NCBI GenBank assembly: GCA_963760795.1
Contig: CAVXEP010000013.1
Span: 224,001-288,000, forward strand
DNA length: 64,000 bases
Direction of reading: 5' to 3'
Source: an uncultured delta proteobacterium
Lineage (GTDB): Bacteria > Desulfobacterota > Binatia > UBA9968
Shown here: piece by piece, positions 9,213 to 20,134 of the stretch
Layout: each line of letters opens with the position of its first letter
Position numbering within the stretch: position 1 is the first letter of the stretch
Made by a program: the position numbers and the translations under genes
The notes under the pieces: model-generated
What the model saw: the letters and a program-made list of their open reading frames with translations, nothing else
The model's database searches: none
Told to the model about the DNA's origin: nothing

Positions 9213-10949
9213 TCATTCCGCCCGGATGCCGACTTTGAGACCGAAGGAACGCGCCACGATCGCCACACCCAAGGTCAGCACGGTGATCATGATGATGGTA
9301 ATGCTCGCCACCTCGCGGTAGCCGGCGGCGACTTGATCCAATGCCAACAGCGACAAGGTGCGGGTTTCCGAAGTCGCCAGGAGAATGATCGCCGAATTAT
9401 GCTGCGCCGCGAACATGAACTTGATGACCGCGACCATCACCATGGTTTGCGCCATGAGCGGAAAGACGATGCGCAAGTAGGTGCGCCAAAAGCCGGCGCC
9501 GGACATGCGCGACGACTCTTCAAGTTCTTTGCCCAACTGGACGAAATTCGCTTTGAGAATTTGCGTCGCCAGGGTAATGCCGCCGAGCACTTGAGCAACC
9601 ACCAGCAAAACGATGGTGCCGTAAAACGGCCGAAACACCGGCGTGCCGAGAAACATCCACAACAGACCCAAGCCCGAAAGAACACCGGGAATCGCCGACG
9701 GCAGCCAGCAAATCGAATCCAGTATGCCGCGGCCCGGCAGCTTGGTGCGCACCAAGACATAGCCGATCAGGGAGAAAAACAGCGCGCCGACCACGCCGGC
9801 GCTGACCGCGACGATCAAAGTATTGTGCAAACCCTGAAGAATGCGCGGATCGGTGAGCGCCATGCGCCAGTATTCCATCGTCCAGGTTTTCGGCAGATTG
9901 AAAAAACCGAAGCGGGTCATGAAGCTGCCGCCGAGCACGGAGAGCAGCGGCACCACGTCGAGAACGAAAAGTATCAAGCCGACGAAGGCCGTCGCCGGAT
10001 AGCGCCACACCCCAAGCTCGATGATCTTCGGTTTGAATTGGCCGGTGACGGTGGTGAACTGGCGGCGCGAGATGAGTTTGCGCTGGAGCGGAATAAAAAC
10101 CGCTAGGAACAACAAGATAACACTCCCCAACGCCGCCGCCTGGTTTACCAATGGCGGTTCCTGGCGCGCCAGGTCGACGATCTTGGTGGAGTAAACATAA
10201 AAACCCCATGGCACACCAAGCAGCAATTCAATTTCCAAGCTGCTAAAGATGCGAATGACGCTGAGCAGAAATACCACGATGATCACCGGCGTCAGCGCCG
10301 GCACGGTGATGCGGACAAGGGTCGTGAAAGCGCTCGCTCCCGACATCCGGCTCGCTTCTTCCATCGATGCGTCCATGCGGCGAAACGCCGGCGTCATGAG
10401 CATGACTTTGGTGGAAATCCCGTTGCCGACCAAATGGACGAAGACGATGCCCCAGAACGAATAGATGTCGAAATTGAGACCGCTCAACAGCGGCATCTGG
10501 CGCAGCCAGGAATTGATCAAGCCGGTGCTCGGATCGAGCATCAGCATCCAACCGAAGGTGGTCGCCAAGCCGGGCATGAAAAATGAAATCCAAAAGCCGA
10601 ATTCCATCGCGTTAGGAAACAGAATATTGGTGCGTGCCAATAGCCAAGAAATGAAAATTCCCGTGGGCAGGGCAACGACCTGTAAAACCACGCCGATCTT
10701 GACGCTGTTCCACAGCGAGCGCCAAATCCCCGGTTCGGCGAAGGCCTTACGCCAAGCGTCCAAGCCGTAGACTTCCGGCTCGGCGATGGTCGCGGTGTTG
10801 AAGCTGTTGACGACGATCAGCGTCAAGGGATAGAGCACGTAGAATCCCATGAAGCCGATCAAAGCCGCCATGATCGCCGTGCCGCCATCCAAGGGCGGGA
10901 GCCAGGATCGCGTCAAAGCCGGCGCGTTGTAGGTTTCGGTTTTAGCCAT
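9213..10949 (-). CDS. ABC transporter permease, fused double membrane domain (FbpB-type)
   Basis: Two EAA loops (MEEASRMSGAS, LEESSRMSGAG); about 12 TM segments. Confidence 0.93.
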   Translation of the reverse strand: MAKTETYNAPALTRSWLPPLDGGTAIMAALIGFMGFYVLYPLTLIVVNSFNTATIAEPEVYGLDAWRKAFAEPGIWRSLWNSVKIGVVLQVVALPTGIFISWLLARTNILFPNAMEFGFWISFFMPGLATTFGWMLMLDPSTGLINSWLRQMPLLSGLNFDIYSFWGIVFVHLVGNGISTKVMLMTPAFRRMDASMEEASRMSGASAFTTLVRITVPALTPVIIVVFLLSVIRIFSSLEIELLLGVPWGFYVYSTKIVDLARQEPPLVNQAAALGSVILLFLAVFIPLQRKLISRRQFTTVTGQFKPKIIELGVWRYPATAFVGLILFVLDVVPLLSVLGGSFMTRFGFFNLPKTWTMEYWRMALTDPRILQGLHNTLIVAVSAGVVGALFFSLIGYVLVRTKLPGRGILDSICWLPSAIPGVLSGLGLLWMFLGTPVFRPFYGTIVLLVVAQVLGGITLATQILKANFVQLGKELEESSRMSGAGFWRTYLRIVFPLMAQTMVMVAVIKFMFAAQHNSAIILLATSETRTLSLLALDQVAAGYREVASITIIMITVLTLGVAIVARSFGLKVGIRAE

Positions 10950-11095
10950 GGCTAATACTCCCTAAAGAGCCTGCGCGTTAATATCGCGTGAAGCGTTGGA
11001 GATCAAGGGGAATTCGGATTGGCGTCGGTAGTAGCGCGATACCCTTTATCTCCCATACTGATATTCCTCCCGCCAAGGTGCAAAGGGTGAACGTT

Positions 11096-11153
11096 GTCAT
11101 TTCGAACGAAGAGAGAAATCCGTCTTAGATCCCTCGCATTCGCTCGGGATGAC
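11096..11153. repeat. REP-like hairpin GTCATTTCGAAC...GGGATGAC
   Basis: Terminal GTCAT/ATGAC inverted ends; an inverted partial copy lies at ~35862-35888. Confidence 0.6.
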
Positions 11154-11229
11154 AGGCCTCTGGCCTGTCACTTCGCGCCTTTGCGGCTTTGCAGAAGGTA
11201 TTCCGGTTCCCGGTTTCATCCGTGCCCTG

Positions 11230-12399
11230 TTAGTACGGGCTCGCGACTTGATGGCAGAGCCGCTGTTCACTGTGATCGCGGCTCGATTGCAGCATCGCCA
11301 GGCAAACTTCGAGGGTCGCCTTGCCCCATTTGCCATCGTGCGGCATGGGCTGGTCTAGGGTAATCGAACGGTGAAATTCATCGAGTTCGACTTTGAGCGG
11401 GCCATCCCACCGGTCGCAAGGAATTTCCGAGCGCCCCTGCTCGTCGTAGGTAAACACCCCTTCGGAAGATTGCCGCAGCGCGCCGCGTTGGCAACTGACT
11501 AAGGTAATGCCGAAAAACGGCTGGCGCGGCCGCCGGCTCGGGTCACCGTCGCCGCGCTCGATGTCGAAGGCGACGCCCGAACGGCTGGTGTTCTTGTCGA
11601 GCTTGCCCGCCGCGCGAGCTTGGCGCAGGCGCTGCCCCGGACCGGAGCGCCGCTCACCGCCAAAAACATCGCCCTCGATCAACTCGCGATCGTCGAAATA
11701 GCCGTAGCCGTCATAGATCAAGGTCGCGGTGACGCCGCCGGCGAATCGCAAGAGCGCCGAATAGTTTCCCTCGGTATCGTTCTCCGCCGACCAGCGACCG
11801 GCGTGGGCGCGCACGCTCTCGACCAGGCCACCGCCCAACAGCCGGGCGATGTCGACTTGATGCGGCGCCTGGCGGTAACAGACGCCGCCGCCGAGGTTGG
11901 TATCGATTTCCATCGCCTCGCGCGGCCGGAGCAGCCAAGGCGAGTAGCGAATCGTATGCACCTGGGTGACCGGACCGAGCCGGCCGCTGCTGATAATCTC
12001 GCGCATCTTGCGAATCGGCGCATTCCAACTGCGAGTGTGCGCGACCATGAGTTTGACGCGATTCTGTTCCGCGGCGGCGATCATCCGGTCGCAATCTTCC
12101 AGCGTCAACGCCATCGGCTTCTCGACCATCACATGCTTGCCCGCTTGCAACGCCGCGATCGCATGCTCGGCGTGAAACGGATTGGGCGTGGCAACGTAGA
12201 CCGCGTCCAATTCCTTCAGCGCACACAAGGCCTCGACGCTGGCGAAGGTTTGAATGCCAAATTCACTGGCATACTGCGCCCGCCCCTCCTCGCGCAGGTC
12301 GGCGCCGGCGACAAAGGTGAAGCCGGTCGTCTTGGCAATCGCGAGTGGCAGCGATCTGCCGCCGGTGCCGAGGCCGACTAATCCGATTCTGATAGTCAT
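11230..12399 (-). CDS. Gfo/Idh/MocA oxidoreductase (cis-dihydrodiol dehydrogenase OphB/Pht4-like)
   Basis: IGLVGLG Rossmann motif, VYVATPNPFH, VEKPMA, GGGVCYRQAPHQVD, GKWGKATLEVCLA. Confidence 0.9.
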   Translation of the reverse strand: MTIRIGLVGLGTGGRSLPLAIAKTTGFTFVAGADLREEGRAQYASEFGIQTFASVEALCALKELDAVYVATPNPFHAEHAIAALQAGKHVMVEKPMALTLEDCDRMIAAAEQNRVKLMVAHTRSWNAPIRKMREIISSGRLGPVTQVHTIRYSPWLLRPREAMEIDTNLGGGVCYRQAPHQVDIARLLGGGLVESVRAHAGRWSAENDTEGNYSALLRFAGGVTATLIYDGYGYFDDRELIEGDVFGGERRSGPGQRLRQARAAGKLDKNTSRSGVAFDIERGDGDPSRRPRQPFFGITLVSCQRGALRQSSEGVFTYDEQGRSEIPCDRWDGPLKVELDEFHRSITLDQPMPHDGKWGKATLEVCLAMLQSSRDHSEQRLCHQVASPY

Positions 12400-12577
12400 G
12401 ATCGATTCCTACAATGGTTCCAGCCGTTCCATTCGTTGCAGATGTTCCGTACGTTCAAGCGCCCGCCTCTTTCCTCCCCATGGGAGCGCGGACATTCTTG
12501 TCCGCGATCAATGGCGGGTTAGAAAACCCGCCCTCCTGTAAAGAAGAAAGGAGTAGGGGCATGAACGTTTTGAACGG

Positions 12578-13816
12578 TTATTTCTCTTCGCTATCAAGAA
12601 TCGGACTATACTTGGTCGCCCCACCCTGGCGGGTCTGACCGGTGCGAAAGCTGTTCTTGTTAAGCTTAGCTTCCTCCAGGCGCAGTTTGATCGAAACATT
12701 CTGCGCCGGATCGCGGAACACGTTCATCGGGTCCTGGCCGGCTTGGACTTTTTCCATTTGCTCCTTCAATTGGCGGCGGTAAAGAATAATCCCTTTGTCC
12801 GACAGTCCCAGCGCCTCTTGTGTGCGGTCCGCCACACCGCCCTGGGTCATCCAGGCGATCATGTCTTCACCGCTGTTGTTGTCGAGCAGAGACCAGTCGG
12901 GCTCACCCGTAACGTCGACGCCGGGCACGGGAACTTGATACAGCGGAATCACCTCCTGCGGCTCACGCGCATCCGGGCGCACATAGCAGGTGTACCAAAG
13001 GTGCAGCGTATGGCTGTCGTCGAGCGGCACGCGGATCTGAAAGGTCGGCCGCTGCGTGCTGCCGCTCAAGAGAATATTCGGGAACAGCACCGGATGGCCC
13101 ACCTGCCAGTCCTCGCTGTCTTCGCTCTGCCCCTCCAGCATGCGCGTCTTGATCAGACCATGCTCGAATTCGCGGAAGTTAATCTTCTTGTGGCTCACCG
13201 GCTTGCCTTTGAAGTCGGTGCGCCCCAAGCGTTCTTGAACATAGTTGAAAAAATGCTGGTGCAGCCACTCGACATGCACCGGATCGAGCGAGTTCTCCAT
13301 GATCTGCAACCAATTGCAGGGAATCACCGCCGCGCCGATATCACGCAGCACGCCATCGCGGACGAACAGTTCCCAGCGCGGTATCAGCGGCGCCGGCTCC
13401 GGTCCGAGATAGGCGAAGACGAGCCCGCCCAGTTCCTGCACCGGATAGGCCGGCAGACGGATGCGATCCTTGAAGGTGCTCGCGGGATCTTCGGCTTGTT
13501 CGTACGGCTGCTCCAAACACTTGCCGTCTTTACCGTAAAGCCAGCCATGATACGGACAGCGCAAGCCGTCGTTGTCGGGAATGCCCAACACCAACGACAT
13601 GCGCCGATGCGCGCACTGCGGCCCGATCAACCCCGGCCGCCCCTGCCGGTCGCGGTACAGCACTAAATCCTCGCCCAACAAACGCACGGCTTTGGTCGGC
13701 CGCGCGATCAGCTCGGAGGACGCGGCAATCGGCAGCCAATAACGCCGCCACAGCTCGCCCATCGGCGTGCCCCGGCCAACTTGGGTTAGTAGATCGTTCT
13801 CTTCTTGGCTAAGCAT
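12578..13816 (-). CDS. Rieske oxygenase large subunit
   Basis: CAH...CPYH; ENSLDPVHVEWLH; GTPMGELWRRYW. Confidence 0.92.
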   Translation of the reverse strand: MLSQEENDLLTQVGRGTPMGELWRRYWLPIAASSELIARPTKAVRLLGEDLVLYRDRQGRPGLIGPQCAHRRMSLVLGIPDNDGLRCPYHGWLYGKDGKCLEQPYEQAEDPASTFKDRIRLPAYPVQELGGLVFAYLGPEPAPLIPRWELFVRDGVLRDIGAAVIPCNWLQIMENSLDPVHVEWLHQHFFNYVQERLGRTDFKGKPVSHKKINFREFEHGLIKTRMLEGQSEDSEDWQVGHPVLFPNILLSGSTQRPTFQIRVPLDDSHTLHLWYTCYVRPDAREPQEVIPLYQVPVPGVDVTGEPDWSLLDNNSGEDMIAWMTQGGVADRTQEALGLSDKGIILYRRQLKEQMEKVQAGQDPMNVFRDPAQNVSIKLRLEEAKLNKNSFRTGQTRQGGATKYSPILDSEEK

Positions 13817-13914
13817 AGAGTTGCTTCTCCCAATTTACTTTCACCACGAAGGCACGAAGAACACGAAGTTCGGAATATTATTCTTCCGACCTTCGTGGTG
13901 ACTTCGAATTTTTC

Positions 13915-14205
13915 GTGTCCTTTGCGTTCTTTGCGGCCAACATTCCGATTCCTATCTCTTCCCCGCTTCGGCCAGCGCTTCGCCGATCAATAATGTTTTA
14001 CCCGGTGACCGCCACTGCACCACCACCGGGCGTATCGCGATACGCCCCTACCTCGGAATCCCTCGTGGATTTTTTTGCGCCCCATGCGCTCTTTGCGGTT
14101 AATTATCCGATTTCGAAATTCTTTCTACTTTGTGTCCTTTGCGTTCTTTGCGGCCAACATTCCGATTCTATCTCTTCCCCGCTTCGGCCTGCGCTTCGCT
14201 GATCA
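13915..14205. repeat. ~75 bp direct repeat (13915-13989 and 14132-14205) duplicating an SBP 3' end plus the downstream 9-mer repeat
   Basis: GTGTCCTTTGCGTTCTTTGCGGCCAACATTCCGATTC(C)TATCTCTTCCCCGCTTCGGCC... in both copies; one indel and two substitutions. Confidence 0.85.
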
Positions 14206-15316
14206 CCTTGTTAATCGGCTTCATATCGAAGTAGTCCGGATTCCACTGCGGCATATATTTTACCCCGGGGTTGAGCCGATTGCGCGGCGGAATCTCATCC
14301 TTGGGTATATCCATCCGTAACGAACCCTCGGCGCCGGCGTCGATAAATTTCGCCGCGGATTTTTGAAAGTCGCTCTGTCCCTCGCGCGACAGAAACCAGT
14401 TGAGAAACACTTTCGCCGCGTTGGGATGGGGCGCCTGGTTCATCAGTACCAAAGTCTTGGCGCGGCTTTCAACGCCGACGCCCTCCTTGAACTGCGCCGG
14501 CTCCATCAAGTCCACCGGCAGCCCTTGACTCTTCGCCTCACTGATCGACTGGTGCCGGCATAGGCAGAGAGAATACTTGCCGGCAGCTAACCAGTCTTCG
14601 CCCTGGGGAAAGCGGGCGTAAAGCGTCAGCGCCATTTCACTGAACAGCCGGCGTAAAAACTGCGGCCCCAACTCCGGATTGTGAAAAAAGAAGCGGTCAC
14701 GGGTGGCGGCAAAGCCGCCGGCCTTGGGATCGAAGGCGACGATCTTGCCCTTCCATTTGGCATCGAGCAAATCCCAGTAGGACTTGAAACCGGCGGGATT
14801 GACCAATTTCGTATTGTAGCCAAGTAAGAACAGCGGCGCGCCGACGTAGACCAGAATGTAGCGCCCCTCGGGATCGATGAACTGCTGTTTGCCCTGCCAC
14901 CACTTCGACTCGTCTTTGACCTCCGGCAGGATAAACGCCGAGGCGATCGGGTCGAGCGCCTTGCTCTGGTAGAGCGTGTACGGCGAAGTGTTGCCGAGAT
15001 TGCCGATGTCGGCGAGAAATTTCCCGGCACGCCGCTCGGCCATGATGCGCGAGATATGCTCGCCGCCGCGCGCCGAAACCACGGATAATTTAATCTTGGG
15101 GAATTTATGGGGGAACCCGGTGTTGGCAATCGCCTCACCGACTTCGGTGAGACTGTAAAGCACCAGTTGGCCTTCTTGCTCCGCGGCCTTGACGGTCCTA
15201 TCCCATTCGTCCTGCCACGGCGCCCTGACTTCGCCGGCAAAAGCGCCGTGCGCAATGGCGATGGCAACCATGAAGAAAACCATCAGTGCCGCGATCGGAT
15301 TTTTTACGCCCAGCAT
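14168..15316 (-). CDS. ABC extracellular solute-binding protein (FbpA/TbpA-like family)
   Basis: Signal peptide, MAERRAGKFLAD, APHPNAAKVFLNWFLSREGQ. Confidence 0.92.
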   Translation of the reverse strand: MLGVKNPIAALMVFFMVAIAIAHGAFAGEVRAPWQDEWDRTVKAAEQEGQLVLYSLTEVGEAIANTGFPHKFPKIKLSVVSARGGEHISRIMAERRAGKFLADIGNLGNTSPYTLYQSKALDPIASAFILPEVKDESKWWQGKQQFIDPEGRYILVYVGAPLFLLGYNTKLVNPAGFKSYWDLLDAKWKGKIVAFDPKAGGFAATRDRFFFHNPELGPQFLRRLFSEMALTLYARFPQGEDWLAAGKYSLCLCRHQSISEAKSQGLPVDLMEPAQFKEGVGVESRAKTLVLMNQAPHPNAAKVFLNWFLSREGQSDFQKSAAKFIDAGAEGSLRMDIPKDEIPPRNRLNPGVKYMPQWNPDYFDMKPINKVISEAQAEAGKR

Positions 15317-15404
15317 AATTGGCCGTGACTGCGAAATTTATTTCCCTAGCTACGACGCACAGATCACTGAACGCTCCCGGCTCCAAGCTGAGAATTTTTG
15401 CATT

Positions 15405-15477
15405 GTCGTCACCCCGGTGCAGACCGGGGTCCATCCCTATCCCCTGAACTCTGGATACCGTTTTCCAACGGTATGAC
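15405..15477. repeat. REP-like double hairpin (GTCGTCACCCCGGTGCAGACCGGGGTCCA...TGGATACCG...CGGTATGAC)
   Basis: Self-complementary stems at the left edge of the accessory block. Confidence 0.6.
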
Positions 15478-15507
15478 GGAGCCCAATCCAAAATCGAAAA
15501 TCCAAAA

Positions 15508-16592
15508 TTACTTGATGACCTGATTCGCCCGCGAAAGAAATTCCGGCGAAAGCGTCAGGCCGATCTGCTTCGCCGCTTTCAAGTTGATGACGAACTCAAA
15601 CTTCGTTGCCTGCTGTACTGGCAGATCGGCAGGTTTCGCTCCCTTGAGGATCTTGTCCACGTAGTGAGCGGACTTGCGGAACAGGTCATCGTAGTCCGCC
15701 CCATAGGACATCAGACCGCCCTCATCGACAAACTCCTTCTGGAAGTAAATAGCTGGTAACCGGTATTTGCCGGCAAGCTCGACGATGCGCTTTCTTTCAG
15801 CCGAAAAAGGAGGGAGAGGTTAACGTCATAATCGCGTTGACCTGCTTTTGCTTTGCGGATTGGAAGGCGCTCTCTAAACCTTTGGGATTAGGTTGCGTCT
15901 TAATCACCTCCAATTCTAGCTTCAGCACCACAGCCGCAGCCCTGAGCTTTTTCAGTTGGAGATCTGTTGATATGGCGCCTATGCCGCCTTCCCGGCCCCC
16001 GCAGAAATCCAACTCGGGCGAGCTTGGGTATGGCGTCCTTGAGTATCTCTAGCCTTTTGGTATTTAGCTCGGTCGCTAAAGTCGAGAGCCCTGTAACATT
16101 GCCTCCCGGCCGTGCCAGACTGGCAACCAGGCCTTCACCCACAGGGTCCCCAACCCTCGTCATCACGATGGGGATAGTAGTGGTGGCGCTCTTGGCCGCT
16201 AACGTCGGTCCCGTCGCTGAGACCACGATCAAATCAACCTTAAGACGAACCAGCTCCGCTGCAAGCTCAAGTAGGCGCTCAGAACCTTTGTTTTCTCCAT
16301 ACCGGTATTCAATGCTGATATTCTTTCCCTCAATCCATCCCAGCTTCGTCAGCTCTTGTCCGAACGCCTCCACCAGGACCGCGCTACCGGAAGCAGTGCT
16401 ATGTATCGAGGAAACCGATGCGAAAGATTTTCTCCAGGCTGCTGCGCGTGAGCCACAGCCCAACACAGCGCGAATGCTAACAACGAGGGCAAGAAGCGCC
16501 ACCGATTTTGGTCTACAGGGCCGCTTTTGGATTGTGGATTTTGGATTGTCGGATCGAAGCCAGCTAATTGCAGTCCGAAACTTCTTTGTCAT
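15508..16592 (-). CDS. Orphan ABC_sub_bind (PF04392-like) substrate-binding protein, several frameshifts
   Basis: Pieces GWIEGKNISIEYR, LVASLARPGGNVTG, KRLEILK, MSYG...YVDKILKGAKPADLPVQQATKFEFVINLK...RANQVIK* in several frames. Confidence 0.85.
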
Positions 16593-16637
16593 GTCCTAGC
16601 CCCCCCAAATCCAAAATCCAAAATCGAAAATCCAAAA

Positions 16638-17632
16638 TTACTTGATGACCTTATTCGCCCGCGAGAGAAACTCCGGCGAGAGTGTCAGTCCGATCTGTTT
16701 CGCCGCTTTCAAGTTGATGACGAACTCAAACTTGGTCGCCTGCTGCACCGGCAAATCAGCCGGCTTGGCGCCTTTCAAAATCTTGTCCACGTAAACAGCC
16801 GCGCGCCGGTACAGGTCATCGTAGTCCGCCCCGTAGGACATGAGACCGCCCTCGTCGACAAACTCCTTCTGAAAGTAAATAGCCGGCAAGCGGTATTTGC
16901 CGGCAAGCTCGACGATCCGCTTTCTTTCGGCGAAAAAGAGGGCGACTGGTGGTCGTCATGATCGCGTCCACCTGCTTCTGCTTTGCGGTTTGAAAGGCGC
17001 TCTCTAAACCTTTGGCGTCGGATTGAGTCTCGATCTCCTCCAATTTTAGCTTCAGCGCCAGAGCCGCAGGCCTGAGCTCTTTCAGTTGGAGGTCTGATTG
17101 CCTATGCTCGCCTCCCGGCCGCCGCAGAAGTCCAACTCGGGCGAGCTTGGGGATCGCGTCCTTGAGTATCTCTAGCCTTTTGGTGTTTAGCTCGGTCGCT
17201 AAACTCGAGAACCCGGTGACATTGCCTCCCGGCCGCGCCAGACTGGCAACCAGACCTGCACCCACGGGGTCCCCAGCGTTCGCCATCACGATGGGGATAG
17301 TAGTGGTGGCTTTCTTCGCCGCCAACGCCGGTGGCGTCCCTGAGACCACGATCAGATCAACCTTAAGACGAACCAGGTCCGCCGCAAGCTCAGGCAGGCG
17401 CTCAGACTTTTGCTCTGCAAATCGGTACTCGATGGTGATATTCTTTCCCTCAATCCATCCAAGCTTGCGTCAGCTCTTGCCGGAACGCCTCCAAGAGGAC
17501 CGCGCTACCGGAAGCAGTGCTTCCATCCAGGAAACCGATGCGAAAGATTTTTCCAGCTTGCTGCGCGTTGGCAATGGGACCAGAAATCACAATGGCAGTT
17601 GCCAGTAGCCAGATGACAATGGATTTCATCAT
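16638..17632 (-). CDS. Orphan ABC_sub_bind protein, frameshifted
   Basis: MMKSIVIWLLA signal peptide, RIGFLD, LARPGGNVTG, ...RANKVIK*; very similar to 15508-16592. Confidence 0.87.
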
Positions 17633-17678
17633 GGATTTGTCTCCGATGTTCTTACCGACAACCGACCACTGACCACGA

Positions 17679-18662
17679 TCACTTGATTACTCTGTCTGCT
17701 CTGACCAGCACATTCGGCGGGATCGTCAGGCCGATCTGCTTGGCGGCTTTCAAATTGATGATGAACTCGAACTTGGTCGGCTGCTCTACTGGAAGGTCTG
17801 CAGGTGTTCTACCTTTCAAAATCTTGTCGACATACGTAGCGGCGCGCCGGTCCAGGTCCCTGTTGTCCACGCCGTAGGTCATGAGCCCGCCGGCCTCCAC
17901 GATTGCTGGTGAGATGTACATCACCGGGAGTCGGTGCATTACCGCGAGTGCAAAAATCTGTGTGCGGTGAGCATTGGCGATAGGGCCCGCCGCCATCATA
18001 AGGGCTGCCTCAGCCGATCCCTTGCTCGCAGCGCGGAATGCGGTCTCAATATTCTTGGGGTCTAGAACGTCTAGGTATTGAAGCTTCACTTTCAACGTCC
18101 CTGCCGCGAGTTCCACCTCTCTTAACACTTGTGCGTGGTCTGGTCTGGTCGAAGTTCCAAAGACCGCCACGCGGGAGAGCCTGGGAATGGTCTCCTTCAA
18201 CAGCTCCAGTCGTTTTCCGCTTAGCTCGGGGGCAAGTGTGGACAACCCGGTGATGTTCCCACCAGGCCGCGCAAGGCTGGCGATGAATCCTGTTGCGACT
18301 GGATCAGGATCGTTCGTCATGACTATGGGAATCGTTGTCGTCGCTTCCTTTGCGGCACGCGTTGGTAATGGACCAGCCGTGACGATGATGTCTACCTTGA
18401 GACGCACAAGCTCGGCCGCAAGCGCGGGGAGGCGATCGAGTTTCCCTTCCGCATATCGCAACTCAATGACAATGTTTTTCCCCTCGACGTAACCAAGGTC
18501 GCGCAGACCTTGGCGAAAGGCCTCGATGCGGGCCGATTCAGCGGAAGGGGAGGAACCACGTAGGTTTCCTATCCGCGGGAGTTTCGTTGGCTGCGCCTGG
18601 GTAGGGAAGCAGGGAGCAAAGAGCAGGGAGCAAAGAGCAAGGAGAATGATTTTCTTACTCAT
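17679..18662 (-). CDS. Orphan ABC_sub_bind protein
   Basis: Intact: FRQGLRDLGYVEGKNIVIE, SLARPGGNITG, PVEQPTKFEFIINLK, RADRVIK*. Start MSKK at 18662. Confidence 0.92.
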   Translation of the reverse strand: MSKKIILLALCSLLFAPCFPTQAQPTKLPRIGNLRGSSPSAESARIEAFRQGLRDLGYVEGKNIVIELRYAEGKLDRLPALAAELVRLKVDIIVTAGPLPTRAAKEATTTIPIVMTNDPDPVATGFIASLARPGGNITGLSTLAPELSGKRLELLKETIPRLSRVAVFGTSTRPDHAQVLREVELAAGTLKVKLQYLDVLDPKNIETAFRAASKGSAEAALMMAAGPIANAHRTQIFALAVMHRLPVMYISPAIVEAGGLMTYGVDNRDLDRRAATYVDKILKGRTPADLPVEQPTKFEFIINLKAAKQIGLTIPPNVLVRADRVIK

Positions 18663-18712
18663 TGCTTTCCGTCCTGCTTTTCTGATGTCTGACGTCTGAC
18701 TTCTGACCGCTG

Positions 18713-19712
18713 TCATTTGATTATCCTAGTCGCTCGCGCCAGCACCTCCGGTGGAATCGTCACGCCGATCTGCTTCGCCGTCTTGAGATTGATCACGAAC
18801 TCGAACTTCATCGGCTGCTCCACCGGCAGATCGGCAGGCTTGGCTCCCTTCAGGATTCTGTCCACGTAATATGCGACGCGCCGGTAGCTGTCCGCGAGGT
18901 CCGCCCCGTAGGACATGAGCCCACCGGCATCTACAGCTTCTCTGTTGCTGTACATCGACGGTAACCGGCTCTTTAACGCAAAGCCCGCGATCCGTTTTCG
19001 GTTAGCACTCATTAGCGGGCCCGCGGTGAGCACGTAGAGTCCATCCGGGCGCTGCTTGTTTAGCGCAGCGAATACCTTCTCGAAATCGTCCGCAGCTCGT
19101 ACCTCCCAAGGCTGAATAGTCAACTTCAGCGCACGCGCCGCGGCTGGGAGAACCTCTTTCACCTCGAGTACACTGGCCGGAGTCGGCCGGATCGTAGAGA
19201 ACCGCGACACGGGCAAGTTTGGGAACGGCTTCTTTGAGCAGCTCCAGCCGCTTCCCGCCTAGTTCTCTGGTAAGGAGTGTAAGGCCGGTGACGTTGCCGC
19301 CGGGACGGGCAAGGCTTTCAACCAGGCCTGCCTCGACAGGATCGGACCCACCGCCCACCATAACGATGGGAATCGTCTTGGTCGCATTCTTGGCCGCCCG
19401 GATCCACGGGTCCCCTCCTGCTACCACGATGATATCAACCTTGAGACGCACCAGCTCCGCCGCAAGCTCAGGGGCCCGATCGCGCTTCCCCTCCGCATAT
19501 CGGTACTCGATGGCGATGTTCTGTCCTTCTATGTAGCCACGCTCGCGCAGAGCCAGCCGAATTGCCTCGGCACGGGCGGACTCAGTAGCTGGATCGGAAT
19601 TCGATAGATACCCTATCCGCGGGACTTTCTTCGGCTGCTGTCCCTGAGCGATCGCTCCACCAGCAAGCAGCATGGCAACGACCAGGATTGATCTGAAAGA
19701 AACTATCCTCAT
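18713..19712 (-). CDS. Orphan ABC_sub_bind protein, one frameshift near 19180
   Basis: ORFs 19002-19796 and 18713-19216 join; RBS GAGG before ATG 19712; close paralog of 32188-33270. Confidence 0.88.
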
Positions 19713-20134
19713 TGCGCACCTCGTGCTGGAAGCTATCACGCATGCGGCACTTGCGAAAAGTGTTATTTGCGTCAGATACGGAACCAGGTCCGTCACTTTC
19801 TCCGTATGGAATCCGGCGCTTGGTCACACGGTGCCGGCATAGGCACCATCGGAAGAGGCGCGCCGAGGCCTCAGCGCTACTTATTTTCCTACAGCTCCCA
19901 CGTGGTAGGATTTCCGCATGTGCGGCCGATTTCGTGCGCCGCAAACCGAACATCGCCCTTGCTAACTATTCACCAGTCGAATCCTACTCCGCGAAACAGG
20001 TTAGATTTCATCGTTGACGCCACTAACTGCCTGAAGTACAAGTCAGCGGAGCCGCATGGAGTTGTTTCTGCGGTGTAAGCGAACCTGTCTTATGTGTAGT
20101 TTGTTCCCACGACAAATATCCCCGTTTTGAGGCG

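Noticed and set aside
19712-20134. Small ORFs in the divergent region (AADFVRRKPNIAL faintly resembles ABC_sub_bind)
   Set aside because: Similarity too short; more likely promoter DNA.
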